Part shown: in pieces, positions 19,468-28,870 of the stretch
Layout: each line of letters opens with the position of its first letter
How positions within the stretch are numbered: the stretch's first letter is position 1
NCBI GenBank assembly: GCA_050014495.1
Contig: JBEKDF010000024.1
Location: 1-45,940 of the forward strand
Length of the DNA stretch: 45,940 nucleotides
DNA from: Candidatus Bathyarchaeia archaeon
Lineage (GTDB): Archaea; Thermoproteota; Bathyarchaeia; TCS64
Direction of reading: 5' to 3'
Program-made: the position numbers and the translations under genes
Notes under the pieces: generated by a model
The model's input: only the letters and a program-made list of their open reading frames with translations
Told to the model about the DNA's origin: nothing
The model's database searches: none

Positions 19468-19621
19468 TTGCTTCGTCAATACAGCTCCATTTTTTTTTCA
19501 GTTCCATCTTATACAAGTACTAAGTGTTTATGTGCCTATGAATGGGAACATGCAGTTCCCATACCATCCGGTGGCTTGAATCTCTGCTAGTTCAACCATT
19601 CAAATTGCACCTGACTTAGTA

Positions 19622-19649
19622 TCAGGTGGGAGTGAGGATAAGGCTATTG
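19622..19649 (+). repeat. repeat copy 16
   Basis: TCAGGTGGGAGTGAGGATAAGGCTATTG. Confidence 0.95.
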
Positions 19650-19654
19650 AGAAC

Positions 19655-19870
19655 CCAGCTTCCCCACAGAGTTACCTTCTAAGAATCGGGGGGTGCTCAG
19701 GTGATATCACCGCGCTGGCCTCGCTTAGGCGCTGACAGCTGGGGAGTGCAGGTTTCCTTGCTAGCCTAAGCCAGCCTGGTCTTTCGCAGCCCACTCCTCA
19801 CGGCTCCGCGGCTTTCAGGTCTTCCACTGCTTTGACCTTTCGTCCGCTCCCACCTGGGCAAAGCAATCAT
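19655..19870. ncRNA. putative structured non-coding element
   Basis: No ORF; stems 19826-19837/19857-19867 and 19714-19730/19764-19775; palindrome 19700-19711. Confidence 0.35.
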
Positions 19871-20036
19871 ATCCGCTGAAGTATAAGCGCGTTCCATTGT
19901 ATTCATGCCATCATTTTGGATTTCTTAGCCACCTATTACTCATTATAATGCGTTGTATATGGTAATTTTGAACATAGTTCTAGATGCATTGATTTATTGC
20001 GTCTCTTTTAATGCGTGTTTGAATCAAGGTTGAGTA

Positions 20037-20064
20037 TCAGGTGGAAGAGAGGATAAGACTATTG
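20037..20064 (+). repeat. repeat copy 17
   Basis: TCAGGTGGAAGAGAGGATAAGACTATTG. Confidence 0.93.
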
Positions 20065-20206
20065 GGTTTGAACCCGAGCCTTCACGATACTTCAGATGCA
20101 CGCGCGCGCCGATCGTAAGATGAGGCTTAACCAAAAGTGAATTTGGAATAAGATTTTTCGGAGTATTTCCATTCGTGTGAGCAAGGCCTCGTGCATGAGC
20201 TTGGTA

Positions 20207-21442
20207 CTAGCTGTATTTTGTTTTAGACGGCATCGTCCCCAATATGACGAGTTTTGCCAGCTGTGTAGCAGCCAAGAAGTATAGGATGTAGATCGGCTCG
20301 ATCCCCCAAATAAAGCCCCCAATGATCGGTCCCACGAAGCTGATCAAGCCCATGAAGAAACCCAACACACCGAACCAGGATCCAAGCAGATCCCTCGGCA
20401 CTAGCTCAACAGTCATTGAGCTCTCAGTAACCCCTGAAAGCATCGTGAATCCACATAAGGCTCCGGCTAATACGATTACAACTTCGCTTGAAGCATTCCC
20501 AAGAGCGAAGAGTCCTAAACAGTAGACGGGGGTCAGAACTAGGATAATCTTCTTTCTGCCTATTCTATCGGAGGCTAAACCAACAGGTATAGCCAGGAGA
20601 ACCACCATCAGCCAGTAGCCTGAGTCCATCAACCCGAGTGTCAGGGGGCCCACATTTTTGATTTCTCTAGCGTAGAGAGGTATGTAGAAGCTCATATACC
20701 ACGGGATGGAACTCAACATGTAGTATGCCAACCAACGCCTGACCTTCACGCCTTCTTGGAAAACTCGGCGTAGGCCACCTGTGATGCCTTGACCCTCCGG
20801 TATCGTTGGTATTATTGGGTTTTCGAAGAACTTGAACATAAATAGAGTCGTAAACAGCAATAGGATCGCTGCGAGCCAGAAGAGTGGTCTTATTCCCTGA
20901 GTGGTTAGCCCACCGAAGTACGCGATTAGGATTGCCGCGCCCACTGGGGCGAAGAGTCTTGGGATGGCGGCTACAGTGTCGCAGAGTTGCATTCCCGTTG
21001 TCCTCTCTACGCTGTTTAGGCATGATCCGCACACCATGGGACACACGTTGTTTGCGACTAGTATCGCGATGGCGATGCAGATGTAAGCGAGTGCTGTTAG
21101 TTGCCAGTTCAGGGCTAAGCCGAAGATCGAGTATCCTAGGGTGAAGAGGAGGAGTGAGGCCATCATCATTTTTTTGATGCCTTGTCTGTCGGCTAATAGG
21201 CCTGATGGGATTGATAGTAACATCGTGGCTACTCCCCCTAAGCTTGTAACGTAGCCAAGTTCTAGGGCTGTCGCGCCTAGTGCTATGACGAATATCGACT
21301 GGTATTGTTGTGTTAGTCCTAAGGAGAAGTTTTGAAGCATATTTTTTACGATGTTTACTTTGAACGGTCTCTGTTGTCTTGTGATGAATTTTAATGCATT
21401 GATAATTACTGACAAGGGGGGCCCTCTTCCGGTTAATGGCAT
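20207..21442 (-). CDS. MFS transporter
   Basis: About 12 TM segments; GLLADRQGIK and GLASDRIGRK motif A copies. Confidence 0.9.
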   Translation of the reverse strand: MPLTGRGPPLSVIINALKFITRQQRPFKVNIVKNMLQNFSLGLTQQYQSIFVIALGATALELGYVTSLGGVATMLLSIPSGLLADRQGIKKMMMASLLLFTLGYSIFGLALNWQLTALAYICIAIAILVANNVCPMVCGSCLNSVERTTGMQLCDTVAAIPRLFAPVGAAILIAYFGGLTTQGIRPLFWLAAILLLFTTLFMFKFFENPIIPTIPEGQGITGGLRRVFQEGVKVRRWLAYYMLSSIPWYMSFYIPLYAREIKNVGPLTLGLMDSGYWLMVVLLAIPVGLASDRIGRKKIILVLTPVYCLGLFALGNASSEVVIVLAGALCGFTMLSGVTESSMTVELVPRDLLGSWFGVLGFFMGLISFVGPIIGGFIWGIEPIYILYFLAATQLAKLVILGTMPSKTKYS

Positions 21443-21472
21443 AGTTAATACGTATTTTATTATATCGTGCGT

Positions 21473-21925
21473 CTGACATACTCCCACGGCTAAAGCACGT
21501 GGGGTTCTAAGGCCTGCATCGTCCCCGCAGTAGCTTCCCCGGGCGTATCAGTGCAGCCCTCCACCACATCCCTGTCTACTGTGGATCGAAGAACGCCCAT
21601 CCGACGGACCACAATATTGAACGAAGCGTTCACATCAGCGTCCTCAACGTGCCCACAACTCGGGCACCTGAAACCCTTCCCATCTCTGTCCCCTAAGAGT
21701 CCACACCTCGAACACGTCTACGACGTGTAGGCCGGATCAACGTAGGCGACGGGCACACCAAGCAGCTTGGCCTTATACTCTATCATAGCCTCAAGCTGAT
21801 AGAACGACCAACTGTGCAGGGCATACCTGAACGACTTTGCTTGTTTTGTGGTTCTTCTTATCCCAGTCAGCGACTCAAGCTTGATTCCCTTACTCGACTC
21901 CTTCGGAGTCCACGATCCTCCTGGC
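21473..21925 (-). mobile_element. tnpB: IS200/IS605-family remnant: 3' part of tnpB (pseudogene) plus right end
   Basis: LHSWSFYQL..IEYKA..VDPAYTS*TCSRCG..FRCPSCG..DADVNASFNI; right-end hairpin CCCACGTGCTTTAGCCGTGGGAGTATGTCA; cut at GCGCGCGCG. Confidence 0.9.
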
Positions 21926-21929
21926 GCGC

Positions 21930-22004
21930 GCGAGAAACCTCAGCGCTAAGGTCCTGACGGGTAATCCACACTTCAAAGACATCGAGGATGCGATAATGAT
22001 TTAG
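21930..22004 (+). pseudogene. VapC C-terminal fragment
   Basis: ARNLSAKVLTGNPHFKDIEDAIMI* versus ARKLGARVLTGDPHFKDIGDAIMI* of 26990-27376. Confidence 0.8.
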
Positions 22005-22093
22005 CGAGCTCAAGAGACTGTTCTACGAAACAGTACGCTGAGCCGCCTCCGTACTAAAGTGTAGATTCTTCTTCGACATCGAACCACCCTAAA

Positions 22094-22633
22094 GTGATGA
22101 ATATGAAGACTCGAATCATCCTCCTAAGCGTAGTCACACTCCTCGCAACCCTATGCATCGGAGTGGCCCTAGCCCAGCCAGGCAGCTTCACCCCACTCAT
22201 AGGACCGACCACAAACGACACCATCCCACTGGGCGGCATAACAATCGCCTATCCCCCCGAAAACTCAAGCATCGTCTCACCCATAATCCTGCCCTACCCC
22301 GGCCCCAGCTACTCCATCCAGGGCATCATACAGCAGCTCCTGGACGCGAAGGATGGAACCTACACGGGCTTGAGCGTGAACACCAAAAACTACGTCACGA
22401 CGATAAAGGCCGACGAGATAACGGTCAACTCCAACTCACTATCACTGCACGTAACCAACCTCAGCTGCGTTATTGACAAAGAAGCCAACACCATATCGGT
22501 GACCGCGAGCCTCATCGAATACAAGCAGGGGACAACAACCTTCAGCGGGAAAGACGTCTCATTCACGACGCCATACTACGAGGTCATCCCAATGATGGGC
22601 ACTGGCACGGTCTCATCTCAGCCATCAAAGTAG
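22094..22633 (+). CDS. secreted hypothetical protein
   Basis: Signal peptide (..IGVALA|Q); beta-rich. Confidence 0.65.
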   Translation: MMNMKTRIILLSVVTLLATLCIGVALAQPGSFTPLIGPTTNDTIPLGGITIAYPPENSSIVSPIILPYPGPSYSIQGIIQQLLDAKDGTYTGLSVNTKNYVTTIKADEITVNSNSLSLHVTNLSCVIDKEANTISVTASLIEYKQGTTTFSGKDVSFTTPYYEVIPMMGTGTVSSQPSK

Positions 22634-22854
22634 AAACACACCCAAGCGTACACGCGCGCCTCCTCATCTCAGCCAGGAAGTCGTGGCCATCCAGACTGAC
22701 GTGGTCCTCCATAACCCGCCGAGCTGTCTCCACCCCGTACTCCTTCACAGCCCAATCTGGTGGCTCAGACGGATCATGCCTCGCACGCGCACTCACCACC
22801 CTCACAGCGAAGCCGAGAACCTGCGCGCGCAACGCGTGTGAAGATTAGATATAA

Positions 22855-23289
22855 CTAGACTACCAAGGGATCCCTGATTTCTATGGAGGCTGACCTCCAC
22901 ACCACTCGCTGAAGAGATACCAACTCCTTATCGTGTGTGTAAATGACCGGAACCTTACCGCCGATGTAGTTGGCGAGGATCAGCGCGTCCCTCCCACCGA
23001 GCATATATCGGTTCGCAATGTCCAGTCCGATTTGGCAGGTCCTCTTCGTCTGGTTGAGGAAATATATGTATGGGTGATTCAAAACCAACCCTAACCTGCT
23101 GGATGCCTCGGCTCTGGTGAACTTCTGCCCATAGACGAGCGTGTGATACGCCTCATGTATGACCGTCGGGTTGATAGCTACGGTCTTCTCGGGTGAGAGG
23201 CTTAGTAGGAGGCCCTTCACCCGGGGGTGCTCGGTGTAGGCTGGGTCCAGTGAGTAGCATAGTATGTTAGTGTCGAGTCCTACGGTCAG
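22855..23289 (-). CDS. vapC: PIN-domain toxin (start appears to be CTG)
   Basis: LTVGLDTNIL..HEAY..RDALI..YTHD. Confidence 0.8.
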   Translation of the reverse strand: MTVGLDTNILCYSLDPAYTEHPRVKGLLLSLSPEKTVAINPTVIHEAYHTLVYGQKFTRAEASSRLGLVLNHPYIYFLNQTKRTCQIGLDIANRYMLGGRDALILANYIGGKVPVIYTHDKELVSLQRVVWRSASIEIRDPLVV

Positions 23290-23533
23290 CTTCGCCCACC
23301 CATATGTCCTTCATCTTCTCTGGGGGCCAGTTCTCCGGCTCCCCGGTCCTCTTCGGCTCGGTGGCGATGACCTTGTTGAACTCTTCGATGAACCCCCTCT
23401 TCCTACCCGCCCTGATGAGAATGCCCTTCGGGGTTCTCGTTACGATCACTGTGTCCCCCATCTCCTCTCTGATGTCTGGTGGTAGGCAGATTCGCCCCTT
23501 CGAATCCATCTTCAGCTCAACATCATCCATCAT
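23267..23533 (-). CDS. AbrB/MazE-type antitoxin
   Basis: KMDSKGRICLPPDIREEMG; overlaps PIN gene. Confidence 0.85.
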   Translation of the reverse strand: MMDDVELKMDSKGRICLPPDIREEMGDTVIVTRTPKGILIRAGRKRGFIEEFNKVIATEPKRTGEPENWPPEKMKDIWVGEADRRTRH

Positions 23534-23608
23534 CCCACCAAGTGTCTGTGGGAAGCGTTATGCTATTAAACCTTTGTTGCCTAATAAGAAGCGCGCGATG
23601 CGAAATTA

Positions 23609-23869
23609 TTAATTTATTTTTGGAATAGTTAGGGATTCAGGGAGTCGTACCGAGCCTTCCCAGTATTGATACATACACTGGATACCGCTTGCATACTCCA
23701 AATATTTTCCGAGTAAACCTCTACGAAGACCCAACGACTCACCATTCCCCACAACTATCAGTTTTCTCCGCGCCCTAGTGAGGGCGACGTTGAGCCTGTT
23801 AACATCCTCAACAAACCCCATGTCGCGTGTACCGGTGGCGCTGAAGACTATAACATAAGACATATACAC
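23609..23869 (-). pseudogene. C-terminal fragment of SF1 (Upf1/DNA2-like) helicase
   Basis: VIVFS..GFV..NRLNVALTRARRKLIVVG (motif VI); no N-terminal domains. Confidence 0.8.
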
Positions 23870-24010
23870 GTGGCTAGCTGAAACCCCGATAAAGCGCAGA
23901 TGTAAACGTCATATGCAGTGATCACCTGTTCGCGCGCGTATGCAAGAAAATATGCACACCCAACTCATAACATTAATTAACATACAATAAAGGTATTACA
24001 ACGAACGTGT

Positions 24011-24235
24011 ATGAGCGCCGTCGTCACCGTCAGAGTCTCCGAGGAACTCAAGGAGGACCTAAAGAAGTACAATGTCGAGCCGGCGGAGGTCGCCAGAAAA
24101 GCTTGGGAGGAGGAGGTAAAGAAAAGGAAGCTCGAAGCAGCGAGAGAAGCCGCCAGGAAGCTGGGCCAACTCCTAGCCGAAGTCGGCACCAAGGAGATCG
24201 TGAAGATGATCCGCGAGGACCGGGATACACGTTGA
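24011..24235 (+). CDS. vapB: VapB-type RHH antitoxin
   Basis: VVTVRVSEELKE..IVKMIREDRD. Confidence 0.85.
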   Translation: MSAVVTVRVSEELKEDLKKYNVEPAEVARKAWEEEVKKRKLEAAREAARKLGQLLAEVGTKEIVKMIREDRDTR

Positions 24236-24648
24236 AGCTCCTATTCGACGCCAGCTCAATCGCCGAAACCCTAACGCAGAGGAGGGAAGACGCAGTCAAC
24301 AACCTAGCGGGACAAACCACCCTAGACCTGACCATCTACGAGCTCGGCAACGTGGTCTGGAAGGAGAGCCGCAGAAGAAAGAGGACCGAAGGCGAAACAT
24401 CAACCATAATGGGCTACATTGAGCAGGTCCTCGGCGTAATGGATGTACACCGAATCCAGATCGGGGATATGCAGATGATTGAGAGATACGCAGCGAAGCT
24501 CAACTTGAGCTTCTACGACTCATCCTACCTCACAGCCGCAAAGGCGCTGGAGAGGACGCTTGTGACGGAGGACGAGCAGCTACGTAGGGCTGCGAAGGAG
24601 GCTGGGTCCCCGTGCCTAAGCGCCAACGAGGTAGATAAGCAGCCCTGA
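24232..24648 (+). CDS. vapC: VapC PIN toxin
   Basis: TTG overlap; LLFDAS, YELGN, FYDSSYL, LVTED. Confidence 0.88.
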   Translation: MKLLFDASSIAETLTQRREDAVNNLAGQTTLDLTIYELGNVVWKESRRRKRTEGETSTIMGYIEQVLGVMDVHRIQIGDMQMIERYAAKLNLSFYDSSYLTAAKALERTLVTEDEQLRRAAKEAGSPCLSANEVDKQP

Positions 24649-24750
24649 GCCCCAAAGGGTGAGCACTGTGGTGGTGCCCAGCCTTCGCCGCGTGCGCCAT
24701 AAAGCAATAATTTTTAATTTTATGCCAAAGCATTTCAATATGGCGTTTCT

Positions 24751-26205
24751 ATGGAAAATGAAAATTGGTCAGCCTCCACACTCCCAAGCCAAGAATGTGA
24801 TGTAGTCGTAGTGGGAATGGGCATGGCGGGCTTAGTAGCAGCGAATCGATTGACTGAATTGGGAGCCAACGTTCTAATCATGGATAAACAGCCTGATGGC
24901 TGGTGGATAGGCGGAGACGCCATCATAGCAGGCCAAGCCATCCACATATGTGGCCTAAGCCCAATGATGCAAGAGGATCAACTTTTAGAAATAATAAATA
25001 GGCACACAGACTGCAAGGCGATACCCGAGTTAACATACGCTTTGGTTAAAAACAGCCACCGATCCATGAAGTGGCTGATCGAGAAAGGCGTAGAATTCGA
25101 GGAACCACCAGGACAGGAAAGAATACTCAAGCCAAAAAAACCTGTCTCCGGGCCATGGGCATCAATCAAGCCAGGCGCAATCTACGACTCCACCAAATAC
25201 GGAGGCTACAAAGCAATGAAGCTTCTTGAGACGCGACTCAATAAAGAAGGCGCAAAAATCCTATACGAAACCAAAGCTGAAAAGCTGTTGATTGATTCCA
25301 AAGGCGAAATCGCAGGAGTTTTAGCAAAAAACAAGAAAGGATTATTCAAGATCAAAGCCAAAGCCACAATACTGTGCACAGGAGGCTTCCAGAGAAACAA
25401 GGAGATGCTACTGAAGTACATCGGCCCCCACGTAGACCAGGTGCCAGTGTTCAGTGAACCCGGAGCCACGGGAGACGGCATATTGATGGCCCTAGAGGCG
25501 GGAGCCGCAGTCAGATCCATGAACTACATGTCCTTCAACGCCTGGCCAGAAGCAGCCTGCATGAACGAGGACATCCAGTACCTAAACATCAACCCCATTG
25601 GCGTGGAGGGCATCATTGTCAATAAGAGCGGCGAGAGGATCTGCGACGAATCATTGGGATCCAACATGTATGGCAGCATCATGACCAAGCTTTCACTAGA
25701 AACAGTCGGATTGATGGTCATCGACGAAGAGATATATAAGCAGAAAGTGAAACCGTTGGTCGACGCCATCCCAGAATTTAAGGGAACAGTACATTCCGCC
25801 AACACGATTGAGGATCTCGCCAAAAAGGCTGGGGTGAGCCCCTATCTTGCCACCACCGTCAGCGAGTTCAATGAAGCAGTTGACGAGGGCAAAACTGCAA
25901 AATTAAGGATCCCCAAGGCAGAGAACATAAACAAAATAGCATCGCCACCCTTCTACGGCATCCCATTCACCCTGGGCCAAGTATCCACCCACGGCGGACT
26001 CCTCGTAAACACAAAAAGCGAGGTCCAAGACAGAGACTTGAAAACGATTCCAGGGCTATATGCAGCTGGCGCAGTCATGCAAGGAAGCCTAAGCGGCGGA
26101 AGCGAGAACAGATACACCTCCTATGTTGGCCATCTAGCAACTTGCCTAGTCTTCGGCATTTTAAGCGCCGAAAACGCGTTTGAAAGAGTCAACTACCCAC
26201 CCTAA
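24751..26205 (+). CDS. FAD-dependent oxidoreductase (fumarate reductase/flavocytochrome flavoprotein family)
   Basis: VVVGMGMAG, LCTGGF, TGDG, THGGL, IPGLYAAG. Confidence 0.88.
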   Translation: MENENWSASTLPSQECDVVVVGMGMAGLVAANRLTELGANVLIMDKQPDGWWIGGDAIIAGQAIHICGLSPMMQEDQLLEIINRHTDCKAIPELTYALVKNSHRSMKWLIEKGVEFEEPPGQERILKPKKPVSGPWASIKPGAIYDSTKYGGYKAMKLLETRLNKEGAKILYETKAEKLLIDSKGEIAGVLAKNKKGLFKIKAKATILCTGGFQRNKEMLLKYIGPHVDQVPVFSEPGATGDGILMALEAGAAVRSMNYMSFNAWPEAACMNEDIQYLNINPIGVEGIIVNKSGERICDESLGSNMYGSIMTKLSLETVGLMVIDEEIYKQKVKPLVDAIPEFKGTVHSANTIEDLAKKAGVSPYLATTVSEFNEAVDEGKTAKLRIPKAENINKIASPPFYGIPFTLGQVSTHGGLLVNTKSEVQDRDLKTIPGLYAAGAVMQGSLSGGSENRYTSYVGHLATCLVFGILSAENAFERVNYPP

Positions 26206-26255
26206 AGGGGTGGACTTGCAGTTCAAGCTCCCACCTGGGCAGACCACAATAGGCG
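26188..26255 (-). mobile_element. isolated IS200/IS605-type terminal hairpin remnant
   Basis: GTCAACTACCCACCCTAAAGGGGTGGACTTG; ends near GGCGCGCG at 26252. Confidence 0.6.
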
Positions 26256-26340
26256 CGCGAGCCTTGGGGAACGGATCGACCGAAAAAGGGAACCTCCTAG
26301 ACTACATAAAAACGCTAGAGCCAGACGAGGAGTTCGCAGC

Positions 26341-26703
26341 GTGATGAGGCGAGACGAGAGAGCCCTAGCAAAGCTTGAGGAATACACCGTCTCAGGGACG
26401 AGGCTGACCACGACCCCCATCACGGCATGCGAATTGTTCAAGGGAGCCTACAAATCCACCAAAAGGGAGAAGGAGCTTCAGAAGGTGAAGGTGACCTTCA
26501 GCTTCCTCGAGGTGCTAGACTTCTCAGTCGAAGCCTCCTAACGCTACGGTAGACTAATGGCGAGTGAGGGACTCCACGGAGCACCGATCGGGGACCTCGA
26601 CGCCATGATAGCTGGCCTCGCCTTAACCCACGGCGAGGAAATCGTCACGTCTAACAGGAAGCACTTTGAAAGGGTTGAGGGATTACGCGTTAACCCATGG
26701 TGA
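26341..26703 (+). pseudogene. vapC: VapC pseudogene, 5'-truncated with internal stop
   Basis: TTPITACELFKGAY...*RYG..IGDLDAMIAG..IVTSNRKHFERVEGL. Confidence 0.82.
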
Positions 26704-26790
26704 GCCACCAACCTCTAAAGAGGCGAGCGCACATGACAAATATATCACCCCGAATAGAATTAATATAACACCAATGACACTTAATATCCT

Positions 26791-26997
26791 ATGAGTAACA
26801 CAACAGCGTTGGTGAAGACGAGGCGCGTCGGAGGGTCACTCGTCATCACCTTACCGAGGGAAGTGACCGAGAGCAAGGGAATCAAGGAAGGCGAAATCGT
26901 CGAGATAACCGTGAAGAAGCTCCGAGTCAACGGCTTCGGAGCCCTCAGAGGAATAGGTCCCTTCACAGCCGACGACGAGCTGAAGACACATGAGTGA
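26791..26997 (+). CDS. AbrB/MazE-type antitoxin
   Basis: KTRRVGGSLVITLP..GIKEGE. Confidence 0.85.
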   Translation: MSNTTALVKTRRVGGSLVITLPREVTESKGIKEGEIVEITVKKLRVNGFGALRGIGPFTADDELKTHE

Positions 26998-27376
26998 GCA
27001 AATAGTCTCCGATGCCTACGCCTGGGTAGAGTACCTAGACGGAACTAAACGGGGTGAAAAACTCAGGGACCTCCTGGAGGGAGGCGCCGAGATATACACC
27101 TCAGCAGTCACCGTCGCCGAGGTGGTGAGCAGAGCCGCAAGGACAAAAAGAGGCCCCGAGACGGCGCGCGCCATCATAGGAGGCAACTCCACGGTAGTCG
27201 AGGCCGACGAACAGCTCTCATACGATGCCGGAATGATGCACGCCGAGGTAAGGCAAACAATCAGAGACTTCGGCCTCGCGGACGCCTACGTCCTCGCAAC
27301 GGCTAGAAAACTCGGTGCAAGGGTCCTAACGGGTGACCCACACTTCAAAGACATAGGCGACGCAATCATGATCTAG
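26990..27376 (+). CDS. vapC: VapC PIN toxin
   Basis: DAYAWVEY, AEV, LADAYVLA, LTGDPHF. Confidence 0.88.
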   Translation: MSEQIVSDAYAWVEYLDGTKRGEKLRDLLEGGAEIYTSAVTVAEVVSRAARTKRGPETARAIIGGNSTVVEADEQLSYDAGMMHAEVRQTIRDFGLADAYVLATARKLGARVLTGDPHFKDIGDAIMI

Positions 27377-27861
27377 AGCCCAGCCCAAATACGCATTGCG
27401 CACGCGCAGGAAGGATGACAAACTGAAGTTGAGGAAGAGACTTGATGCACTGAGCGATGATTTGAAGAAAAACCTGGATCGAATGTTTGAGCACACTCTG
27501 AATCACTTAGAGCACATAACAGCTTGCAACGTTAACTGCAAGAGCTTCGGCAAAGCAAGAAAGCGCAAGGCGAAAGGCGTCGAACAATGGGCCTCTCAAG
27601 GGTGCGCACGAAGTCAAACCGTCCATTGTAGTCTACGATAAGCGCGTGACTTGGACAAAACCATAATTATTAGTCATTCAACTTTTCAGGTCCGCCATAA
27701 AGTATCAGTACTCGCGTCTAAGGGGTCTTGTTATGTGTCATAGCGCGCGAAACAAGAACATTAACAAAGAGTAAGCATACTCTACAACCTCATCAATCGT
27801 ATCCCCTCTAGCGTGCGCGTACGCTCTCAGCAGATTTAATAGAAAGTGCCACGCCATCTAT

Positions 27862-28173
27862 ATGGCGAACCATATGGATGCCGTGAAGACGACCATAAAC
27901 GTGGACGACGAGACCCTGAGGGAATTTAAGAGGATAACCACCTCAAGATACGGCAGCACGAGAAAACTCAGCGCAGCAATAGAGGAGGCCATGAGATCCT
28001 ACAACTCCACGATGATCCTCTCAGAATACGCCGAAAAGGAGGGAATAACCCTCACCTCCTACCCATCATCGAGGGAGGTCGAGGAGAAGCGGCCGAAGGT
28101 TGAGGCATCAGCCGGGACGGAAGTGAGGGAGATGCGAGATGCAAGGGAGACTAGTATATCTAGACACAAGTAG
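27862..28173 (+). CDS. RHH antitoxin
   Basis: KTTINVDD..LSAAIEEAM; overlaps PIN gene. Confidence 0.75.
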   Translation: MANHMDAVKTTINVDDETLREFKRITTSRYGSTRKLSAAIEEAMRSYNSTMILSEYAEKEGITLTSYPSSREVEEKRPKVEASAGTEVREMRDARETSISRHK

Positions 28174-28627
28174 CATCGCTAAAAGGTACATAGATGAGAG
28201 GGGCACCAAGGTCATCGACAGAGTATATAGCGACTCTGAAGCGGGAAGCCTTAAGGTAGCCTTCTCGATCTGGAACATCGGGGAAGCCGTCGGCGTCTTC
28301 GATAGGTACCATGTCAGAGGCCTCATATCGGATGAGGAATTTAAAAGAGCAAGAGCCAACCTAATTTCAGAGTCCCTCAAAATGAGTCGGTTGGAGTCCT
28401 TAACTATTCTACCGATGACATCGATGGCCCTGGCAGATTCATGGAGTCTAGTCACCAAGCATCACATCTACGTAGCCGATGCACTCCAGATCTCATCCTC
28501 GAAGATGGCCAGTGCAGATTTGTTCCTCGGGGCGGATAGGAGACTTCTTGAAGTTGCTGCCGCTGAGGGTCTAAAATCGGTCAACGTGGAATCCAACCCG
28601 GAGGAAGCCCTGAGAAGCGTCATCTAG
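28139..28627 (+). CDS. vapC: VapC PIN toxin
   Basis: VYLDTSSIAKRY..E.G, ADALQI, GAD. Confidence 0.88.
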   Translation: MQGRLVYLDTSSIAKRYIDERGTKVIDRVYSDSEAGSLKVAFSIWNIGEAVGVFDRYHVRGLISDEEFKRARANLISESLKMSRLESLTILPMTSMALADSWSLVTKHHIYVADALQISSSKMASADLFLGADRRLLEVAAAEGLKSVNVESNPEEALRSVI

Positions 28628-28760
28628 TCCAACCCAAAATCGCGCGCCGAGAGATCATTACCCCAAGCACACAATCGAACGAAGAATATTACGAGCCAGC
28701 TACGACGTGCGCATCACCAAAACGGTGCAAACACACCAGGACGCGTTGCGCGCGCGCTTT

Positions 28761-28870
28761 CTATGGAGACTCGTAACCTGAGATGTGCCTGAGCACCTTG
28801 CCGCCCACCCTCTTGAGGAGCTTCACATCCGCCGTGTAAACCGGCACATCCTCAAGCTCCCCCAGGGAAA
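28761..28870 (-). pseudogene. PIN C-terminal fragment
   Basis: ISLGELEDVPVYTADVKLL, between motifs at 28747 and 28871. Confidence 0.55.

Noticed and set aside
5903..20064. Canonical CRISPR array
   Set aside because: Intervals are hundreds to thousands of bp and contain genes; no 30-45 bp spacers and no cas operon.
5903..20064. Classical integron attC array
   Set aside because: The repeat lacks RYYYAAC/GTTRRRY ends and an internal palindrome; no IntI is in the window.
20064..20090. tRNA T-arm-like GGGTTCAAACCC on the minus strand
   Set aside because: No 5-bp T stem, acceptor stem or cloverleaf can be formed.
20667..21479. 270-aa alternative-frame ORF and other overlapping ORFs (e.g. 34952-35533, 33188-33700)
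   Set aside because: They overlap well-supported genes in other frames and have no recognisable motifs.
19846..26241. 15-bp identity GCTCCCACCTGGGCA at 19846 and 26227
   Set aside because: One 15-mer match in 46 kb is near chance expectation and the flanks do not extend.
27163..27172. GGCGCGCGCC inside vapC as a junction
   Set aside because: The gene reads as an intact PIN protein across it, so not every motif is a breakpoint.
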